From positions 124,001-183,711 of the forward strand of contig MU057477.1 in NCBI GenBank assembly GCA_013265495.1: a DNA stretch of 59,711 bases. Reading direction: 5' to 3'. Each line of letters begins with the position of its first letter. Positions within the stretch are counted from its first letter, which is position 1. A program made the translations under genes and the position numbers. The stretch comes from Vicugna vicugna (taxonomy: Eukaryota). The notes under the pieces were generated by a model. It was given only the letters and a program-made list of their open reading frames with translations, was not told where the DNA came from and made no database searches. Shown here one piece after another: positions 52,754 through 59,711 of this stretch.

Positions 52754-53490
52754 GTGAGTTGACCTGACTGAGCTGAGTGGGGAAAGGTATTGGGAGCAAA
52801 CTCATAGTTTGTTTGTGATCCTCAGTAGCTAGCAGCCAGACCTCTCAGGAAGCTCTCAGAATGTCTCTGTGTGAGCCTCTGCCCGAGGGGCCGGCAGAGG
52901 AGGGAGGAGGTGGTAGCCGAGGAAAGGGCGCTGTGGAGCTCTCGACAGGAAAGAGTGGCCCTAACTGACGCCCGGCTCTGTCCCTCGCCCCTGGAGCTGG
53001 GCTACTGTCTAAGGCTGGTGTCCCAGCTGTACACCCTCCGCCGTGTTGCAGAGAGCCCCTGCCTCAGGCTTGTATTTATTTGAACCAAACTGAGGAACCG
53101 AAAAGGAATACATGATACAAGAAGAGTAAGGATGTGCTGAAGGGAATTGATGATCAGGACATTAGCAGAGGCTTCAAGATGGTATACCTATAGACTGAAG
53201 TTGAACTTTGAAGTAAATTCAGCCTCAGTGCAGTTACACACGAGAGTCAAGTTTAGCAGTAAATAATTGCATTTGTCTTGATTTTTACTGGGCTTTGCGG
53301 GCAGGCCTAAGATCTTCATTTCAACTGTAATAAATCCCTATTTCTAAGGAAAACTGAAATACTCATTGCCAAATAACTAACTTCCAAATAGATTTCTAGG
53401 GTTCAACTAGTTTACAAATTGAGGACTACTTACAACTAATTAACTCTATGGAGTCACTTGGAGTTTGATTGTATGTTTTTAATTCCTTAG

Positions 53491-53544
53491 AAGTGACCCA
53501 AATGAACTGCCATCAGGAATCCATCATGGAGTCACCCATGAAAG
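53491..53544 (+). CDS. TPTE2: Putative TPTE/TPTE2 micro-exon, 54 nt, phase 2-2: SDPNELPSGIHHGVTHE(S)
   Basis: tttttaattccttag| acceptor and GAAAG|gtgagg donor; same 18-codon, ...ES-ending design as I recall for human TPTE N-terminal exons. Confidence 0.72.
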
Positions 53545-54761
53545 GTGAGGAATATATTAAGGGGTGAGTGAATGGGATGGAGAAATTTAGTATCAGGATT
53601 ATCTGTGGCAGTACAGAATTTTCTGGACAATGATTTAAAATCCTTTCTAAAAAGATAGGGGTTTCAATGAATTATGTTTACTACATATTTTAGATTCAAG
53701 GGATTCTTATTGTTCAGATATATTGATTATATTGCTGTTCTGTATAGAATATCTCTAGTGATACATTTCTGCATTTTTGGGATATTCAAAGTAAAACAGA
53801 ACAATTTTCCAGGCTGGGTGATGGTAATGGAGACAATAATGTTCCTGGTTCATATGAATAAGTCAGTGTCAAGTTTGAAAGGCAGGAACTGTTGGTGGAT
53901 CTCTTTTCATTGGGAAGGTAGGGTTTATGCTGAGGCAAGGAGAAAAGGGAGAACTAGGGAAAGATATCAATGTTTGGGAGGGAAGGGGTTACAATAAATC
54001 ATCCTAATTTGATTTATAGAAAATACCATCTTTTTAAAAATTACATTTATCACAATTAAATATTCTAGTTTGAAAATCTTCTACTTTTCAGAAGAGTTTG
54101 AGAAGAGCGGTATTAGTTCTTGTTTAATGTTTAGTAGATTTTACCAGTGAAGCCATCTGGTCCTGGCCTTTTGTGTTTTGGAAAGTTTGATTACTAATTC
54201 AGTCTCCTTACTAGCAACTAGTCTGTTGAGATTCTCTGTTTCTTCATATTTCAGTCTTGGTAAGTTATGGGAGCCTGCTGCCCCAAACCCAACCGCCCCA
54301 TCATATGGAGGGAGCCTCTGACTCAGGCCTGTGCTTACTCTGCAGGATCCGAGGAGCAGGAAAGATGACCAAGATGAGGAGTCAGAGGGTGATGAAGGGA
54401 CTTGAGAAGCAGGAAGTTAGGTGAGGGGAGAGGGATGTATAGCTGCAAACTGAAGTCGAATTTGAAATAAATTCCACAAAAGGATGCTACATATTGGGTC
54501 AGATTCAGCAGTAAAGGACTATACTTAATTCTTGAATTGTTAGCTTTTACGGTAGGTCAAAAATATTTATTATAAACATATAAAAAATCATTTCTAGGGA
54601 AGAGGAGATATCAGATTCCAAATAACTGATTTACTTTACTGATGTGAGTTTTCTAAGAATCAACCAGTTGATAAGTTTAAGAATCATTGTAGCTGATTTG
54701 AAAAAAAGTAAAAGTCTAGAAGTCATGGGATATCTTATTCTGTCTATTTTTAATGCTTTAG

Positions 54762-54815
54762 CACTTCCCTGAGTAAACTGACATCAGTATCCTCTGAAGG
54801 ACTCTCCAGTGAACA
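54762..54815 (+). CDS. TPTE2: Putative TPTE/TPTE2 micro-exon A1, 54 nt: TSLSKLTSVSSEGLSSE(H)
   Basis: tttttaatgctttag| acceptor and CA|gtgaga donor; phase 2-2, open. Confidence 0.68.
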
Positions 54816-55463
54816 GTGAGATACAAAGCATAAATACATATATGTGCACACACACACAAATGCATACGGATACAGAGTGAGATTTGGGACGTTCACCCTA
54901 GGAGCACCCATGGGAATACAGAGTTCCTTTCATAGTATTTCTAAAGTCCTCTTGTGGTTAGATTCTATGTATAATATTCTTTGTCTTTGGAACTGAAGTA
55001 GAAAAAGAGGCACAAGACAAAGAGGGGATTTCTTACTCCTGTCTTAACTCTCAGTTACTATCAGCCAAACTCTTAGGAAACTGTCCGATTGCCTGTGTCT
55101 GAGACGCTAATAGAGTGTGTCCGGGGAGGAGAATAACCTATTCAGAGCAAGGAGAATGATGGTAACTTGTAAGTAGTAAATAAATAGTAGCAGTGGACAG
55201 GGAGCAGAGGAGGCCTCAACGGAAGAGCATGGAGCTAAGAGACCTGGATCTGTCCCTCACCCTGCAGATTCAGCCACCAAGTGAGGCTAGTGCCTCAAAT
55301 CCAAATGCACCATCATATGGAGGGAGCCCCTGACTCAGGCCTGCAGTTACTTGACCGTATCCCAGGGGCAGGAAAGACATCCTTTGTTTCTAAAGAGCAC
55401 AGTCATGATGGAGGAATTGAGAATCAGGAAATTAGATTGCTCAAGAAAGATGGGAACCAGGAA

Positions 55464-55562
55464 GGGGGTGAGTAGAGCTCAGTGGTAGAGCGTGTGCTTA
55501 GCATGCACGAGGTCCTGGGTTTAATCCTCAGTTCCTCTATCAAAAAAAAAAACAAAAAAAAA
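55464..55562 (+). mobile_element. Vic-1-type SINE within repeat unit 1
   Basis: gggggtgagtagagctcagtggtagagcgtgtgcttagcatgcacgaggtcctgggtttaatcc followed by poly-A. Confidence 0.9.
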
Positions 55563-55860
55563 CGGTACTTACAACTGAGGTTGATTTTGGAATAAATGCT
55601 ACCCCAAAAGGCTGTGACATATTGGGTCAGGTTCAATAGTAAAGAATTGTACCTAAGTCTTGGGTCATTACATGTTTGACAGTATAAGACATTCATTGCA
55701 AATTCGTAAAGCCTCATTTCTTGGGAAAATAACCTTCCAGGTTTCAAATAATTGATTTACACATCAGTTTTTAAAGGGTCGCCTAGTTTATAATTTGAAC
55801 CAAAGAATTCAATCTAGAAAATTATGTGGCGTCTGACTATGTTGCTTTTTAATCCTTTAG

Positions 55861-55914
55861 CACTGCCTTGCCTGAACGGACAACAGGAACAGCTGACAGA
55901 ACCAGAACTGAAAG
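55861..55914 (+). CDS. TPTE2: Putative TPTE/TPTE2 micro-exon B1, 54 nt: TALPERTTGTADRTRTE(S)
   Basis: tttttaatcctttag| acceptor and GAAAG|gtgaga donor; phase 2-2, open. Confidence 0.7.
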
Positions 55915-56204
55915 GTGAGACAGAAAGAGAGAGAGATGTAAACAAAAGCATGTACATAAATGCAGAGAGAGGCACATGAGAATGGGAATGAGAGAAACCG
56001 GGAGGGAGCCGAAGAGGGGAGGGAAAGATTAACTGAAATTGAGATCGGTAATTTGGGAGGTTCATTTTTCAAGAGTATCTGTCACGTAAGTGTCTTTGAC
56101 ATTGTTTCTAAATCTTTTTTACTTCACCATATGTAAGTATCTTTCTGTCTTTTTTGCATCTAGTTGGATAAAAGAGAAGCAGGTCATAAGAGAGATGCGT
56201 CTTA

Positions 56205-56622
56205 GTTTTTTATTTTTTATTTTTTTAAAAAGGTGACGTGAGAATTTATTAGAGAATGGATAGTACACTCAGGGGAGAGCGCGCAGGCTCAAGGGAGCGG
56301 CTGCCCTGAGTTTCTTTGACAAGTTAGCTCCATAGGGTGTAAAAATGAATGGGCGGAATATTCATTGGGCAGGGAAGGGTTTGGGGTCGCATTCCCTGAT
56401 TATCATCCCAACTCCACCTTTCCAAAGGGAGGAGGGATTTTTGTCCTTATTTAGTCTGGATCAGAAGTGTCATGGCGTCGGTGCATGATGGGTACTTCTA
56501 ATTTGCAAGGCTAATTTTATTGAAATGAGGGTATAATGAGCAAAAGATCATATTCGGACACTAGAAATTCCTGCTCTTTCTCACCTTTCTTTGTTCTTCT
56601 CCAGGCCACTAGTCATCCCAAA
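56205..56622 (-). mobile_element. Poly(A)-tailed, 5'-truncated retrocopy of a MER41-like LTR (unit 1)
   Basis: Minus strand shows LTR motifs, then AATAAA (56250-56245), 18 nt, and an A-rich tail; 14-bp TSD agagatgc(g/t)tctta at 56191-56204 and 56623-56636. Confidence 0.75.
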
Positions 56623-57034
56623 AGAGATGCTTCTTATACTCATCTGTTTATCACTCTTAAGTGGCCGCCCCAAATCCTAAGAGACTATCCAAATGCTGGA
56701 GTATGAGACTCTCCAAAAATGGGCCAAGAAAGGAGAGAAACCTCTTTTGGAGCCAGGAGAAGTCTGTACTCCTGAAAGTGTTCAGGAGTAAAGAAATGCC
56801 CAGAAACTTGATCCACTGTTTGTTTGTTTGTTTTTCTATAGGACTAAGATTTTCATTACAAATGTATAAAGCCTCCTTTACAGGGAGAAATTAAATGCCA
56901 GGTTTCAAATAACTGATTAGAATGTAATTTTTAGGGCAACTATATTATAAACTGCAGAGTAATTGTAGCTAATTTGCATTTTAAAATCTAGAAAGACATA
57001 TGGAATCTTATTATGTGCATTTTTAATCCTTTAG

Positions 57035-57085
57035 TTATGACCAAAGCCAGTTGGAAGAAGTAATTTGTGTTGAACCTCTTGAAGG
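57035..57085 (+). CDS. TPTE2: Putative TPTE/TPTE2 micro-exon C1, 51 nt: YDQSQLEEVICVEPLE(G)
   Basis: tttttaatcctttag| acceptor and GG|gtgaga donor; phase 2-2, open. Confidence 0.68.
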
Positions 57086-57258
57086 GTGAGATATAAATAT
57101 ATATAGATAGAGTGGGGGGTGGGGTGGGTATTGAGATTTGTGAAATTTACCTTGGTGGTATCTATGACATATCTTACTTTGCCTATTTTTAATCCTTTAG
57201 CAAAGAAATTTACCGGTATCTGTGACATATCTTACTTTGCCTATTTTTAATCCTTTAG

Positions 57259-57312
57259 CCCTTCCCTGAATAATGTGACATCAGTATCCTCTGAAGGACT
57301 CTCCAGTGAACA
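57259..57312 (+). CDS. TPTE2: Putative TPTE/TPTE2 micro-exon A2, 54 nt: PSLNNVTSVSSEGLSSE(H)
   Basis: tttttaatcctttag| acceptor and CA|gtgaga donor; diverged paralogue of exon A1. Confidence 0.65.
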
Positions 57313-57971
57313 GTGAGATACAAAGCATAAATACATATATGTGCACTATGTACACAAACACACACAAATGCGTACGGATACAGAGTGAGATTTGGGATGT
57401 TCACCCTAGGAGCACCCATGGGAATACAGAGTTCCTTTGATAGCATTTCTGAAGTCCTCTTGTGGTTAGATTCTATGTGTAATATTCTTTGTCTTTGGAA
57501 CTGAAGTAGAAAAAGAGGCACAAGACAAAGAGGGGATTTCTTACTCCTGTCTTAACTCTCAGTTACTATCAGCCAAACTCTTAGGAAACTGTCCGATTGC
57601 CTGTGTCTGAGACGCTAATAGAGTGTGTCCGGGGAGGAGAATAACCTATTCAGAGCAAGGAGAATGATGGTAACTTGTAAGTAGTAAATAAATAGTAGCA
57701 GTGGACAGGGAGCAGAGGAGGCCTCAACGGAAGAGCATGGAGCTAAGAGACCTGGATCTGTCCCTCACCCTGCAGATTCAGCCACCAAGTGAGGCTAGTG
57801 CCTCAAATCCAAATGCACCATCATATGGAGGGAGCCCCTGACTCAGGCCTGCAGTTACTTGACCGTATCCCAGGGGCAGGAAAGACATCCTTTGTTTCTA
57901 AAGAGCACAGTCATGATGGAGGAATTGAGAATCAGGAAATTAGATTGCTCAAGAAAGATGGGAACCAGGAA

Positions 57972-58072
57972 GGGGGTGAGTAGAGCTCAGTGGTAGAGCG
58001 TGTGCTTAGCATGCACGAGGTCCTGGGTTTAATCCTCAGTTCCTCTATCAAAAAAAAAAACAAAAAAAAAAA
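57972..58072 (+). mobile_element. Vic-1-type SINE within repeat unit 2
   Basis: Copy of 55464-55562 at offset 2508. Confidence 0.9.
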
Positions 58073-58368
58073 GTACTTACAACTGAGGTTGATTTTGGAA
58101 TAAATGCTACCCCAAAAGGCTGTGACATATTGGGTCAGGTTCAATAGTAAAGAATTGTACCTAAGTCTTGGGTCATTACATGTTTGACAGTATAAGACAT
58201 TCATTGCAAATTCGTAAAGCCTCATTTCTTGGGAAAATAACCTTCCAGGTTTCAAATAATTGATTTACACATCAGTTTTTAAAGGGTCGCCTAGTTTATA
58301 ATTTGAACCAAAGAATTCAATCTAGAAAATTATGTGGCGTCTGACTATGTTGCTTTTTAATCCTTTAG

Positions 58369-58422
58369 CACTGCCTTGCCTGAACGGACAACAGGAACAG
58401 CTGACAGAACCAGAACTGAAAG
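58369..58422 (+). CDS. TPTE2: Putative TPTE/TPTE2 micro-exon B2, 54 nt (identical to B1)
   Basis: Same splice sites and sequence as 55861-55914. Confidence 0.65.
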
Positions 58423-58712
58423 GTGAGACAGAAAGAGAGAGAGATGTAAACAAAAGCATGTACATAAATGCAGAGAGAGGCACATGAGAATGGGAATGAG
58501 AGAAACCGGGAGGGAGCCGAAGAGGGGAGGGAAAGATTAACTGAAATTGAGATCGGTAATTTGGGAGGTTCATTTTTCAAGAGTATCTGTCACGTAAGTG
58601 TCTTTGACATTGTTTCTAAATCTTTTTTACTTCACCATATGTAAGTATCTTTCTGTCTTTTTTGCATCTAGTTGGATAAAAGAGAAGCAGGTCATAAGAG
58701 AGATGCGTCTTA

Positions 58713-59130
58713 GTTTTTTATTTTTTATTTTTTTAAAAAGGTGACGTGAGAATTTATTAGAGAATGGATAGTACACTCAGGGGAGAGCGCGCAGGCTCAA
58801 GGGAGCGGCTGCCCTGAGTTTCTTTGACAAGTTAGCTCCATAGGGTGTAAAAATGAATGGGCGGAATATTCATTGGGCAGGGAAGGGTTTGGGGTCGCAT
58901 TCCCTGATTATCATCCCAACTCCACCTTTCCAAAGGGAGGAGGGATTTTTGTCCTTATTTAGTCTGGATCAGAAGTGTCATGGCGTCGGTGCATGATGGG
59001 TACTTCTAATTTGCAAGGCTAATTTTATTGAAATGAGGGTATAATGAGCAAAAGATCATATTCGGACACTAGAAATTCCTGCTCTTTCTCACCTTTCTTT
59101 GTTCTTCTCCAGGCCACTAGTCATCCCAAA
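58713..59130 (-). mobile_element. Poly(A)-tailed LTR retrocopy (unit 2)
   Basis: Copy of 56205-56622; TSD at 58699-58712 and 59131-59144. Confidence 0.75.
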
Positions 59131-59542
59131 AGAGATGCTTCTTATACTCATCTGTTTATCACTCTTAAGTGGCCGCCCCAAATCCTAAGAGACTATCCAA
59201 ATGCTGGAGTATGAGACTCTCCAAAAATGGGCCAAGAAAGGAGAGAAACCTCTTTTGGAGCCAGGAGAAGTCTGTACTCCTGAAAGTGTTCAGGAGTAAA
59301 GAAATGCCCAGAAACTTGATCCACTGTTTGTTTGTTTGTTTTTCTATAGGACTAAGATTTTCATTACAAATGTATAAAGCCTCCTTTACAGGGAGAAATT
59401 AAATGCCAGGTTTCAAATAACTGATTAGAATGTAATTTTTAGGGCAACTATATTATAAACTGCAGAGTAATTGTAGCTAATTTGCATTTTAAAATCTAGA
59501 AAGACATATGGAATCTTATTATGTGCATTTTTAATCCTTTAG

Positions 59543-59593
59543 TTATGACCAAAGCCAGTTGGAAGAAGTAATTTGTGTTGAACCTCTTGAAGG
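59543..59593 (+). CDS. TPTE2: Putative TPTE/TPTE2 micro-exon C2, 51 nt (identical to C1); the next A-type exon begins at 59709 at the window edge
   Basis: Same splice sites and sequence as 57035-57085; the window ends tttttaatcctttag|CCC. Confidence 0.65.
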
Positions 59594-59711
59594 GTGAGAT
59601 ATAAATATATATAGATAGAGTGGGGGGTGGGGTGGGTATTGAGATTTGTGAAATTTACCTTGGTGGTATCTATGACATATCTTACTTTGCCTATTTTTAA
59701 TCCTTTAGCCC

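Larger units (their letters stand above)
54740..59711 (+). repeat. Tandem duplication, unit about 2.5 kb (offset 2508 bp over most of its length); two copies plus the first bases of a third
   Basis: 55000-57200 matches 57508-59708 almost perfectly (ORF-track pairs offset by 2508; I saw differences only in the SINE tail); 54762-55000 vs 57259-57508 is visibly more diverged. Confidence 0.97.

Noticed and set aside
53461..59711. Recurrent tttttaatcctttag motif followed by 51-54 nt segments, superficially like a repeat-spacer (CRISPR-type) array
   Set aside because: Eukaryotic context, spacing of hundreds to over a thousand bases, and AG/GT boundaries show these are splice acceptors of duplicated exons

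Overview
Mammalian genomic DNA, very probably camelid (alpaca/llama/camel). The taxon call rests on many copies of a tRNA-derived SINE matching the camelid Vic-1 type and on young L1 3' ends; the species cannot be determined. The left part holds the last two coding exons of THSD1 on the + strand: the TSP1-domain exon at 9519-9677 and the TM plus cytoplasmic exon at 14058-15439, followed by poly(A) signals. About 32 kb of repeat-rich intergenic DNA follows (L1, L2, MIR, solo LTRs, and a degraded class-I ERV carrying three nested insertions). At about 48.2-49.0 kb is a CpG-rich promoter with an RFX X-box-like motif. Downstream is a chain of nine complete, stop-free coding micro-exons (48-54 nt, all junctions phase 2) that the ORF track misses. 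They splice to an open frame of about 158 aa that I interpret as the N-terminus of the voltage-sensing phosphatase TPTE/TPTE2; the diagnostic VSD and PTEN domains lie outside the window. The most notable structure is a recent, near-identical ~2.5 kb tandem duplication. Each copy carries three micro-exons (53 aa), a SINE, and a poly(A)-tailed, TSD-flanked retrocopy of an LTR, and a third copy begins at the window edge. Apart from the THSD1 ORF and TE fragments, I could not support the ORF-track entries as genes. Repeat family names are from recognition by eye and many repeat boundaries are approximate.
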